A stretch of DNA of 64,000 bases from assembly GCA_951406725.2 (NCBI GenBank), contig OX597818.1, positions 58,032,001 to 58,096,000 of the forward strand. Direction: 5' to 3'. The notes below the pieces were generated by a model, which was not told where the DNA came from, searched no databases, and saw only the letters and a program-made list of their open reading frames with translations. Positions 51,303 through 64,000 of the stretch are shown in pieces. The first letter of the stretch is position 1. Each line of letters opens with the position of its first letter. This stretch comes from Octopus vulgaris. Taxonomy: Eukaryota. The translations under genes were made by a program, and so were the position numbers.

Positions 51303-51718
51303 AGGCGCAGGAGTGGCTGTGGGGTAAGTAGCTTGCTAACCAACCACATGGTTCCGGGTTCAGTCCCACTGCGTGGCATCTTGGGCAAGTGTCTTCTGCT
51401 ATAGCCCCGGGCCGACCAATGCCTTGTGAGTGGATTTGGTAGACGGAAACTGAAAGAAGCCTGTCGTATATATGTATATATATATATATATGTGTATGTG
51501 TCTGTGTGTCTGTGTTTGTCCCCCTAGCATTGCTTGACAACAGATGCTGGTGTGTTTACGTCCCCGTTACTTAGCGGTTCGACAAAAGAGACTGATAGAA
51601 TAAGTACTGGGCTTACAAAGAATAAGTCCCAGGGTCGATTTGCTCGAATAAAGGCGGTGCTCCAGCATGGCCGCAGTCGAATGACTGAAACAAGTAAAAG
51701 AGTAAAAGAGGAAAAGAG
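51303..51718 (+). mobile_element. SINE family B, full length
   Basis: GGCGCAGGAGTGGCTGTG head, GGTTCAGTCCC B-box, tail ...GACTGAAACAAG(TAAAAGAG)n. Confidence 0.93.
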
Positions 51719-52613
51719 ATAGTTTTGCCAGAAGTGGCAGTCTTGCCTCTAAACTGTAATTCAAGCATATATTGTGACTGATTTCGCCCTGAAACGTCAT
51801 AGGCTACAAACAGTCCTCAACTAGATATTAGATACCTGATAACGCGGAATACGGCATTGACAATTATGATAAAAATTATGATAAAAATTAAGATAATGAT
51901 AAAACCCATTGCTCAAGTTGTTGATAGTATTGTTTCGTGATGGCGTGGTCAACTAAAAAACTGTATTCCGTCTTGTGAAAGATAAATAAGAATCAAGTAA
52001 TATATATATTTCTTTACTACCCACAAGGGGCTAAACACAGAAGGGACAAACGGATTAAGCCGATTATATCGACCCCGGTGCCTAACTGGTAATTAATTTA
52101 TCGAACCCGAAAGGATGAAAGGCAAAGTCGACCTTGTTTAAATATTTTCAAATTTTTGTTATGCTTCTGTGTGTGTGTGTGTGTTTTCAGAAAAGGAAGT
52201 ATCGTCTGAATTTTACCCTCACCTTCATGATTCTAGTTTGTGGAAGGTGAAACAACGGAAAACGAAGGAAAAGGTAAAGATTGATTCGCCTGAGAGTTTA
52301 AATTACAAGGCTGAAACGATATCAAGAATTTAATCAGATATAAGTGGAATGTTTATTTACTCACTGGTTGATAGGTTTCCAGACTTATTATTTAAGCTCT
52401 TTTAGTGTTTACTTTTAACTTTATCATTTCCCATTTTTTTAACATTTCCATGTTTTTTATATGCCTCTTTCTCAACTTTTTCCGTTTCTTTTCCCATTGA
52501 ATTTTTGGTTTGTAATTATATGTCGATTGTGATTGATGATTATGTTTGAGGTATTTCTCAAAATATGAAACTATTAATTAGTAGCACAGAAATGTATGTA
52601 GAGTGTGTATTAG

Positions 52614-53600
<987 letters not shown>

Positions 53601-53879
53601 TCCGCCGGTCCAATGGTTTCCTTTCATGGCAGAATTAGTAGTTAAGGCATGTGTGCGCGTGTGTAACCACACACACACACACTAAAATAGAGTAACAAAT
53701 TCACTAATAATTTTCTATTAAAAACAACCTAGATAGTAAAGATTATACAGTTATCGAGTAATACCAGTAATTACGCTTCATGTTTAGTCTTTTAATTACA
53801 GCTCTTACCAAAGGAACGCTCTTGGGTCACTTTAATTTTGTCTACATTCTCATATTCATTATATACACACATAACCCCC

Positions 53880-54122
53880 CCATATATATAGAGACATATA
53901 TACATATATATGTATATATGTATATATACATATATAGGTATATATGTGCATATACAGATATATATATATATGTATATATGTGTATATACATATATACATA
54001 TATATATATATGTGTGTGTATATACATATATGCATATATATATATATATATATACATATATACATATATACATATATATATATGTATGTATATACATATA
54101 TACATATATATATATGTGTATA

Positions 54123-54165
<43 letters not shown>

Positions 54166-54292
54166 ATATATGTGTATATATATATATGTATATATATATA
54201 TATGTCCACACACACGCACATATATATATATATATATATATATGCATGTATATATATTTATATATTCATATATATATATATATGTATGTATG

Positions 54293-54337
<45 letters not shown>

Positions 54338-54590
54338 TATATATACATGTGTGTGTGTGCGTGTTTGTGTGTGTGTGCCTGTGTGCGCATGTGCGTATGT
54401 TTGTGTGTGTGTGTTTGTCGCCCCAACATCGCTTGGCAACCGATGCTGTGCATTTACGTCCCGTAACTTAGCGGTTCGGCAAAAGATTCCAATAGAATAA
54501 GTACTAGGCTTACAAAGAATAAGTCCTGGGGGTCTATCTGCTCGACTAAACGTTGTGCTCCAGCATGGCCACACTCAAATAGCTGAGTTT
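53880..54590 (+). repeat. Complex TA/TG microsatellite running into a SINE family B 3' half (54410-54590)
   Basis: Direct inspection and similarity to 58200-58577. Confidence 0.85.
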
Positions 54591-54923
54591 AGCTATTTGG
54601 GTGTGACAAAATCCGAGTGACCAACAATGGCATTGCACTTCTAGGTGAACACTTAGTTTTGATTAATTATTCGTCTGCTTCCATTTACAATCACGATAAA
54701 GTCAGACATTTTCGTAACAGAACATTCATAAAATATTCAAAGGGTCATTTAATAATTTAGCGTTGGAATTTGAATTAAAATTTGACAGGTGCTTTAATTT
54801 CCTGCCAGTTAAATAGAAGTTCAAACATGTATACCCACTTCCCTCTCCACATACACGTCCAGACAGACACACACTCATGTGTGTGTGTATGTACTAGTGT
54901 GTGCGTTTGCTTGTGTATATATA

Positions 54924-54995
<72 letters not shown>

Positions 54996-55083
54996 TTATA
55001 TATGTATCTATGTATGTATATATGTATATATATGTACACATGCATTCATATATATGTATGCATATAAATATGTATACATACGT

Positions 55084-55122
<39 letters not shown>

Positions 55123-56036
55123 CATATATATATATGTATATAAATATAAATATACATATATATGTATATATATGTATATATATGTATATAAATATATATA
55201 TACATATATATGTATATATATGTATATATATGTATATAAATATATATATGCATATATATGTATATATATATTTTATGAATATTTATCTATATGTGTATAT
55301 GTATGCATTATATATTAATGTGTGTGTTCATTCCATATTTAAGTGGCCCTATATAACTTACACATTTGTGTGGGTGTCTGTGTTTCTGTGGTTTTAGTCT
55401 AATAGTTTATTACGTAGAATTCCTAACTTCAGCTTACTATAATACACTGAATGGGAAAGATGCTATTTGGACGGTTCTCATAAACTCTCAAATATGGGTC
55501 ATGAAAATCCAGTTGAACAGATGTCTTTATAGTTACATTCCTTTCATAGAAATCTATTCCGTTGTCTGCTCGACGAGATAGGAAATTCTGAATATGTAAT
55601 TACCATAAAGTCTAGCCTATACCCTAAAGATATCACTATGTCTGTAAGTATTCCACCAGGAATAGTGAATAGACTTCATGGAGCACTAATATAAGTCTCA
55701 TTGAAGATATTGCATTCTTTCATTAAATGTATGTGCTGTACGATATTCACAGTGTACTTCGGTAAAACGTGTTGTTCGACGCTAAGAAATAAATGTGCGT
55801 TGCATAGCACTATTGATGAATGCCGCCTATTAGGATTATTAATTCGCTTTAGTTAAAAGTTATGTAATAAATTATCTGTGACATCGGTTACAAAGGCATG
55901 TACACAATATTCAAACTCTAGACTCTAGACTCTAGACTTATAAATTTCATTGATATACAAACTACGTGGTGTGCCGCGACCTGTTTACAGACAACCTTTC
56001 TTTCCTGCATTTAAGTAAGTAACAATTAATGATATG

Positions 56037-56070
<34 letters not shown>

Positions 56071-56176
56071 TGCGTATATGTGCATGTAAGTATGCATGTA
56101 TGGGTATATGTGCATATAAGTATGTGCGTGTGCATATGTGTACATGCGCATGCATGCCTATACGCCTATACAGATG

Positions 56177-56216
<40 letters not shown>

Positions 56217-56266
56217 CATCCGTATAGGCGTATACGCATGCATGCGCATGTACACATATGCATATA

Positions 56267-56348
<82 letters not shown>

Positions 56349-56357
56349 CATATATCA

Positions 56358-56772
56358 AGGCGGCGAGCTGGCAGAAACGTTAGCGCGCCGGGCGAAATGC
56401 TTAGCGGTATTTCGTCTGCCGCTACGTTCTGAGTTCAAATTCCGCCGAGGTCGACTTTGCCTTTCAACCTTTCGGGGTCGATAAATTAAGTACCAATTAC
56501 GCACTGGGGTCGATGTAATCGACTTAATACCTATGTCTGTCCTTGTTTGTCCTCTTTGTGTTTTGCCCCTTGTGGGTAATAAAGAAATAGGTATTTCGTC
56601 AGACGTTACGTTCTGAGTTCAAATTCCGCCGAGGAAGACTTTTCCTTTCATCCTTTCGGGATCGATAAATAAAGTACCAGTTTCGCACTGGGGTCGATGT
56701 AATCGACTTAATACCTATGTCTGTCCTTGTTTTCCCCCTCTATGTCTAGCCCCTTGTGGGTAGTAAAGAAAT
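56358..56772 (+). mobile_element. SINE family C dimer (reference copy)
   Basis: GGCGGCGAGCTGGCAGAAACGTTAGC head, GAGTTCAAATTCC B-box; second unit starts at 56591. Confidence 0.93.
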
Positions 56773-56928
56773 ATATATATATACATATATCTATGCACTT
56801 CGTTATGCATGTATGTTATGATTTAGGCATGTAAATGTGAAGGCGTGTTTGCGAGTGTGTATATGTGCATATAATGTACATGTGAACGTATGAATATATC
56901 CACATAAACACTAAAAAAAAAAACAATA

Positions 56929-57310
56929 GATGTAGGAGTGGCTGTGTGGTAAGTAGCTTGCTTATGAACCATATGGTTCCGGCTTTATTCCCATTGCGTG
57001 GCACCTTGGGCAAGTGTCTTCTACTACAGCATCGGGCCGACCAAAGACTTGTGAGTGGATTTGGTAGACAGAAACAGAAAGAAGCCGGTTGTATATATGT
57101 ATGTATGTGTGTCTGTTTGTCCCTCCAACATCGCTTGACAACCGATGCTGGCGTGTTTACGTCCTTGTAACTTAGCGGTTCGGGAAAAGAGACCCGATAG
57201 AAAAAGTACTGGGCTTAGAAAGAGTAAGTCCTGGTGTCTATTTGCTCGACTAAAGGCGGTGCTCCAGCATGGCCACAGTCAAATGATTAAAACAAGTAAC
57301 AAAAGAGTAA
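56929..57310 (+). mobile_element. SINE family B
   Basis: Similarity to 58200-58577. Confidence 0.9.
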
Positions 57311-57669
57311 ATTGCAAGTGTTAGATGTATTTCTTTGGAACAATTGAATAGGCAGAAATGCAAATTCACAAATTCGCTTGTATGCAGTGTATGACGTAAA
57401 TTATGACATAATCCTGAGAACCAGAATATAAATCAAATTGCCTGCTGCAAGCAGCTGTTTTGCAAGAGCCATTGACAAACTTTTGTTGTATTAAAATATT
57501 CCGCAGATCAACATTTTCTTCAACTTTTTATTTTATACGCCAAGAATATATTTAGCCAGTGGATATTTAGATAGATATTTAGAAAGAAAACAGGGTTCGG
57601 TTCGCCAGCTCGTCATCGGAAGCGAGTAATTCAGAGAATATATAAGTACTCTACCGCTTCCGGGAAGCA

Positions 57670-57955
57670 ATACTTGTCCCATTCATTAGATTGTAGCCAT
57701 GCCGGGGCATCGCCTTGAAGAAAAATTTAGTTGAATGCATCGACCCGACTACCCAGCTTGGTAGGGATTCTAAATCACGGAGATGTAAACACACCAGCAC
57801 CGGTTGTCAAGCAGTCGTGTGAGACGAACACTAACATAAAGATGCTCATATACTTATATACATATATCCGGCGTGCTTCTTTCAGTTTCCGTCTACCAAA
57901 TCCTCTCGCAAGGATTTGGTCGGCCAGATGATATAGTAAGGGACAGTGGAACTGA
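57670..57955 (-). mobile_element. Old SINE family B
   Basis: gcttctttcagtttccgtctaccaaatcc; degenerate tail. Confidence 0.7.
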
Positions 57956-57967
57956 AATGCTAGCGAA

Positions 57968-58005
<38 letters not shown>

Positions 58006-58139
58006 ATATATATATGTATCTATATAATTATATATATATATATATATGCCTCCACGTGTATTTATATCTATCTAGATGTGCAAATACTCACACACAAGCA
58101 TGCGTACACACAGAGACACAAACACACACATAGACACAG

Positions 58140-58183
<44 letters not shown>

Positions 58184-58199
58184 TATATATATATATATA

Positions 58200-58577
58200 G
58201 GCGCAGGAGTGGCTGTGTGGTAAGTAGCTTGCTAACCAACCACATGGTTCCGGGTTCAGTCCCACTGCGTGGCATCTTGGGCAAGTGTCTTCTGCTATAG
58301 CCCCGGGCCGACCAATGCCTTGTGAGTGGATTTGGTAGACGGAAACTGAAAGAAGCCTGTCGTATATATGTATATATATGTGTGTGTGTCTGTGTTTGTC
58401 TGTATATGGTGGTGTGTTTACGTCCCCGTCTCTTAGCGGTTCGGCAAAAGAGACCGATAGAATAAGTACTGGGCTTACAAAGAATAAGTCCCGGGGTCGA
58501 TTTGCTCGACTAAAGGCGGTGCCCCAGCATGGCCGCAGTCAAATGACTGAAACAAGTAAAAGAGTAAAAGAGTAAAG
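58200..58577 (+). mobile_element. SINE family B, full length, within (TA)n (reference copy)
   Basis: TA repeats on both sides; tail GGCGGTGCCCCAGCATGGCCGCAGTCAAATGACTGAAACAAG. Confidence 0.94.
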
Positions 58578-58612
<35 letters not shown>

Positions 58613-59209
58613 TTTCCAGAGGTGTGGAAATAAATCAATTCGAATATACTGAAAAATATTTCTCTAAATCTATATAAATTTATGTAAAGCTACATGCTTT
58701 ATCATGAAGTAACTAACATTTTAGTCCTCCTAGACAAGTTATTTCATTAACGTCAATTATGAGTGATTAAATGCAATTACCACAGTTCATTAACTCACTA
58801 CACTAAATATTTGCTCAGACATCCTAGTGGAAGATACACCAATTAGTTGATATGTGCGGTGGAAATGTCAGCAATGTTAGTTTACAAATTTGAAATACGA
58901 AGACGTCAAAATACACCGTGTATATTTAACGGTAATGTTAAATATACTCAATATTTGTCTAGTTCCCACTCAGCATTTATTAATGAACACTTGATGCAGA
59001 TCGTAATATTGGTCTAAGAAGACACACAATACGTACGGTGGTGTATCAAGTATTGAACATTTGTCCGGAGAAAACCCCATTATGTGCTGCAACTAAAACG
59101 TGAAGACTATGAGTGCAGAATGGAATATGAAGAGTTCATGCTAGGTTGGTATGAAGATTGGATTGAATTGTTTGAAAGCATTCTCTGGAGTGAGGAGGCT
59201 GAGATATTC

Positions 59210-59625
59210 TAATACCTATTTCTTTACTAGCCACAAGGTGCTGAACATAGAGAAGACGAACAAGGGCAGAGAAACGGATTAAGTCGATCATATTGACCCC
59301 CAGTCCGTAACCGGTACTTAATTTATCGACCCCAAAAGGCAAAGTCGACCTCGGCGGAATTTGAACTCTGAACGTAACGGCAGACGAAATACTTATTTCT
59401 TTATTACCCACAAGAGGCTAAACATAGAGGGGACAAACAAGGACAGACATAGGTATTAAGTCGATTACATCGACCCCAGTGCGTAACTTGTACTTTATTT
59501 ATCGACCCCGAAAGGATGAAAGGCAAAGTCAACCTCGGCGGAATTTGAACTCACAACGTAACGGCAGACGAAATACTGCTAAGCATTTCACCCGGCGTGC
59601 AAAAGATTCTACCAGCTCGCCGACT
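59210..59625 (-). mobile_element. SINE family C dimer
   Basis: Two tandem units with the same junction type as 56590. Confidence 0.9.
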
Positions 59626-59629
59626 GGGG

Positions 59630-59889
59630 ATGTTCTAATACCGATCGCACACTGGAGGACCTGGAGACACGGATTCAGGAGATTCTCAATGACATCCAAG
59701 ACGTTATCCTTCAGAAGGTTGTTCATTCCATCCCTGGCCGTTGGAGAAAGGTGGTTGATGCTTAGCTTGAAGTATAAGGATTCCGATTTATTTTGCAACG
59801 TAACAAAACCTTTGTATCATTTTTTTAATGAATTTGTAAAAGGAATAGGGATATTACCAATTTTCAAAGCCTTTTCACCCACCCAGTAG
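59630..59889 (+). mobile_element. Tc1/mariner-superfamily 3' relic
   Basis: RTLEDLETRIQEILNDIQDVILQKVVHSIPGRWRKVVDA; ends CACCCAG TA. Confidence 0.6.
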
Positions 59890-60199
59890 ACATATATAAA
59901 ATTAAACACGGAAACAAGTTAGTTGTGATTCACCAAAATGGAAAACAATAAATGTCATAGAAATAAGAGCGCTTCATTTATTGTTTTACTTTTTGGTGAA
60001 GCTCAGCAAAGCAGCTGCCTCATTTAATTATTTGTATACATATTAGAGACTCGCAAAATAAATATATATGCTCGCGACTGAGTTGTCTATCTACAGCCGC
60101 TGTTACCATGTTCATTTACAATTTTATGTGCCTTTACATCACAACGAGGCTCGTCATCTCTTATTTCTAGCGGTGTGTTTGTTCTAACAGCATGAGTCA

Positions 60200-60442
60200 T
60201 GCATACATACATTCATACATATATAGATAGATAGATACATACATACATATATAGATAGATACATACATACATACGTACATACATACATACATATATAGAT
60301 ACATACATACACATATAGATACATACATACATACATATATAGATACATACATATATAGATACATACATACATACATATATAGATACATACATACATATAT
60401 AGATACATACATACATATATAGATACATACATATACATACAT

Positions 60443-60489
<47 letters not shown>

Positions 60490-60495
60490 CACATA
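60200..60495. repeat. (TACA)/(TAGA)/(TA) compound microsatellite
   Basis: Direct inspection. Confidence 0.95.
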
Positions 60496-61750
60496 TAATC
60501 GTTCCTTCGCCATTCTCCTCACTTCTTTTGTTTCTTTCCCTTAAACTTTCTATTGTCCCCTTCCACTCTGCCTCTGTTACTCACACGTGACTACCGGCTA
60601 TTTCTATTGTACTTTTCTTTTCTGGACAGGACGTTTACCGAGCTGGATGTCATTTTTCACGGCTCCCAACATTTTTTCTTCTTCATTTTTCTTGCATTAT
60701 TTTCTTCTCTTCTATTATTCTATTTCCTCGATAAAATTACTCCTAGGTGTTACCCATTAAAATTCGTCTTTGTCCAATGACCCTTCGTCGTGTGTTTACT
60801 CTGTACGTCCACTCTGTCATTGCGATTATGCAAAATACGTCTCACCAAGAGAAGTTGCCATTAGAAGAAAGTTGTTTTTTTTACATGGGGAAGAGCATCA
60901 CACACATGTTCAAAATATTCATTGATATCTAGTGCAAATGTGGAAGTTTTGTTTAGAGGCATACTATTTCAAGATCCGACTACGTAAACGAAGAAAAAGT
61001 TGAATTCTGCCAATGTGGCAGACATACACTGGGCATACTGTTAAAGAGAATTTTTTTTTTTGCGAGAGAAAATCCTTGTTATACATGGCCTTAACCATCA
61101 CGTTTCCGGTGACTTATTTAGAGGAATCGTAAGGCTTGGTAAACTCACTTTAGTTTGTGCAGATATGTGATTTTCTCAAATTGTTGAAGGATACAGTTTG
61201 GACTGATGTGCTGCGACAGGGAAAAATATACAGTTCTATGAGTTTTCGTTATTTGCGAGATTAAGGTGGGCGTAACTAAATAGGTTTTTATTTCACACCG
61301 ATGGCATTTCTGATTTGACACGAATGATGTACCAATGTGTATGAAGTTAGGTATCGCAAATCAGGTCAAACGATGTAAAGTTCCAAAAGGTCTAGAAATG
61401 TGAGAGGATTCTGTAGTCTGTGTCTGTATGATTATGCGTTGGTACAAAGCAGTGTTTTGACAACGTGACACGTTACAAATATGGTGATTAATTTGACGCT
61501 TTCTGTTTTAAAAAGGAAAATGCGTTCGAAGGTTGGTCTGTTGGTCAAGATTTTGAAGAGTGTGTGAAATCATTCCATATAAATGAGAAGAAATTTGACC
61601 GAACGAAAACACGTCAGGTGGGATTAATCGTTCAAAGTTTATCTAAATTAAACGATTATATGTTGAACTATATTTGCAAAACTATTTGTTCGATTGAAAT
61701 CCATGTTTATTAAAAAAAAAACCCCAAAAAACCCAAAGCTTAGTAGCAAC

Positions 61751-61902
61751 GTGGTAAGTAGCTTGCTAACCAACCACATGGTTCCGGGTTCAGTCCCACT
61801 GCGTGGCATCTTGAGCAAGTGTCTTCTGCTATAGCCCCGGGTCGACCAATGCCTTGTGAGTGGATTTGGTAGACGGAAACTGAAAGAAGCCTGTCGTATA
61901 TA

Positions 61903-61958
<56 letters not shown>

Positions 61959-62165
61959 TGTGTGTGTATATGTTTGTGTGTCTGTGTTTGTTCCCCTAGC
62001 ATTGCTTGACAACCGATGCTGGTGTGTTTACGTCCCCGTCACTTAGCTGTTCGGCAAAAGAGACCGATAGAATAAAGTCCCTGGGTCGATTTGCTCGACT
62101 AAAGGCGGTGCTCCAGCATGGCCGCAGTCAAATGACTGAAACAAGTAAAACAGTAAAACAGTAAG
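61751..62165 (+). mobile_element. SINE family B, slightly 5'-truncated
   Basis: Similarity to 58200-58577. Confidence 0.92.
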
Positions 62166-62607
62166 AAATTTCAACATTTTTTGTCTGGAAGTTAATGCAT
62201 ACGAATAGAAGAAAGTGAAAATTTTCCATTTCAATGACGTCTCTCGTTACGTTTGTATTATTGCAACTCAACAACAACAACGTGCCCAATAGTTTCATTT
62301 TTAAGGTAGCCAACATCAGTAGAAATGAAATCTGAAAGAGTAGAATTCCTTGTTGACTATCAATTGAGGAATGCATAATCTAACTACGTTAATGTAGTAT
62401 AGATATATTTGGGGAAAGATTTGTGCAAAATTCAGGAGATGGAGATTACTTTGTGATATTTAGAAATATTCATAAAATTAAGCTTAATTTATTTTGGCTC
62501 ACTGGCAACGATGTAAGAAGACTGATAGACGGAGGTAAGAGCGGAGTCTACATAATCGATGACACCATATTTCCTAGAAAAATCCTTAAAGTAACACAGT
62601 TGATATA

Positions 62608-62987
62608 TATTTCTTTACTGCCCACAAAGGGCTAAATATAGAGGGGACAAACAAGAACAGACAAAGGGATTAAGTCGATTACATCGACCCCAGTGCGAAA
62701 CCGGTACTTTATTTATTGACCCCGAAAGGATGAAAGGCAAAATCGGCCTCGGTGGAATTTGAACTCAGAACGTAACAACAGCCGAAATGCATATTTAAAC
62801 ACAGAGAGGACAAACGTATTAAGTTGATTATATCGACCCCAGTGCGTAACTGGTACTTAATTTATCGACCCCGAAACGATAAAAGCAAAGTCGACCTCGG
62901 TGGAATTTGAACTTTGAACGTAACGTCAGGAGAAATACGGCTACGCATTTCGCCCGCTGTGCTAACGTTTCTGCCAGCTCGCCGCCT
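62608..62987 (-). mobile_element. SINE family C dimer
   Basis: Two tandem units. Confidence 0.88.
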
Positions 62988-64000
62988 GATATAGCAGCTG
63001 ATATAGCAGTGATTATATGAGACACGAAAACCAAAAGATAATGATATCAACATCCACAGAAATAACGATTTCGGCATCATTAATATGATAACTGCTACCT
63101 AGTATAGAATGTCTTATTGTGATTAATTATTTACTGCATACTATTATGAAAGCGAAATATGTTATTTAGTTCACGGAGATATTACAAGTAAGTATGATCT
63201 TCAACTTTCGCACAGCCTACCAATATGAACTATATGATTAGATGTAATAATGATAATATACATTTCTTAAATGAATAACTGAAGCAGATGGTTTTCTAAC
63301 TGACATTTCTTTTGTTAAAATTTAACTAGTTTTAGTCACCTTAAAATTAATTATTAACAAACCTTACCTACTTGCACAATAAGTCTTCTGCACATTAAAT
63401 ATTGTACCTCAAGTTTTGTAAAGAATAAATATTTCAAGCACACTTTTCGAGAGGAAGCAAAATAATTATATAATTATAAAGGTTTCATTTTTCTAAATAT
63501 CTCTACATAAAGTCATATACTATATCACATGTTTCAACGCGGCGATATAAGTAAAAGATTCAACATCTAATTAAAACTGAATACAACATCTTCCTTTCGG
63601 TTAAGCATATTATTAAAATTTTCCAAATCAAATAAGTTTAAATGTAACCTATACCAATAAAAGTATGCTGATATTTATGCCAGAATCACGATTAAGTTAA
63701 GTAGAATGAATATAGTAGGATTGTAATGATGTACCGATTCATCTTCTAGAGAGGTTATGAGTTTACTGTTAAGTTGTTACTTGAAAATCCATACACAATA
63801 GATTCACATTCAAACTAATACATGCGATTAAATAGAAAAGTACTCAAGAACCAATACACAGATATATTTAAATTACAATATAGAAAATTCGATCTTACTT
63901 GGTTGATACCCTTTCAGACATATGAAAAGCAATATCTTAAAAAGTGTTAAATGATACGGTGTATTGCGAACATTTGTTAAAAATATAATATACAGATTAG

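Noticed and set aside
60780-61660. Coding-like composition suggesting a decayed element or exon
   Set aside because: Multiple stops and no motif I could assign

Overview
AT-rich, microsatellite-dense, apparently non-genic eukaryotic DNA. The repeat content (tRNA-headed SINE families resembling the octopus OK/OR1/OR2 types) points to an octopus/coleoid cephalopod genome; this is an inference. No host protein-coding exon was recognised. The centrepiece is a pair of apparently full-length, ~5.4 kb, diverged but related CR1/L2-group LINEs (4557-9931 +, 10793-16217 -) lying tail-to-tail, each bounded on both sides by (TA)n. Their ORF1 carries an N-terminal Myb/SANT (trihelix-like) domain plus a CCCH zinc finger. 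Their 3' tail is shared with an abundant SINE family, with compensatory changes in a terminal stem-loop. The window also holds hammerhead-ribozyme-like motifs of the Penelope type (a ~900 bp foldback and two ~200 bp TA-embedded elements), a degenerate 5S rRNA copy, three SINE families, Tc1/mariner relics and a MITE, a Helitron nested in a Dong/R4 LINE relic, and several hairpins and duplications. Most ORFs in the supplied track are microsatellite or antisense artefacts. Coordinates of degenerate repeats are approximate.
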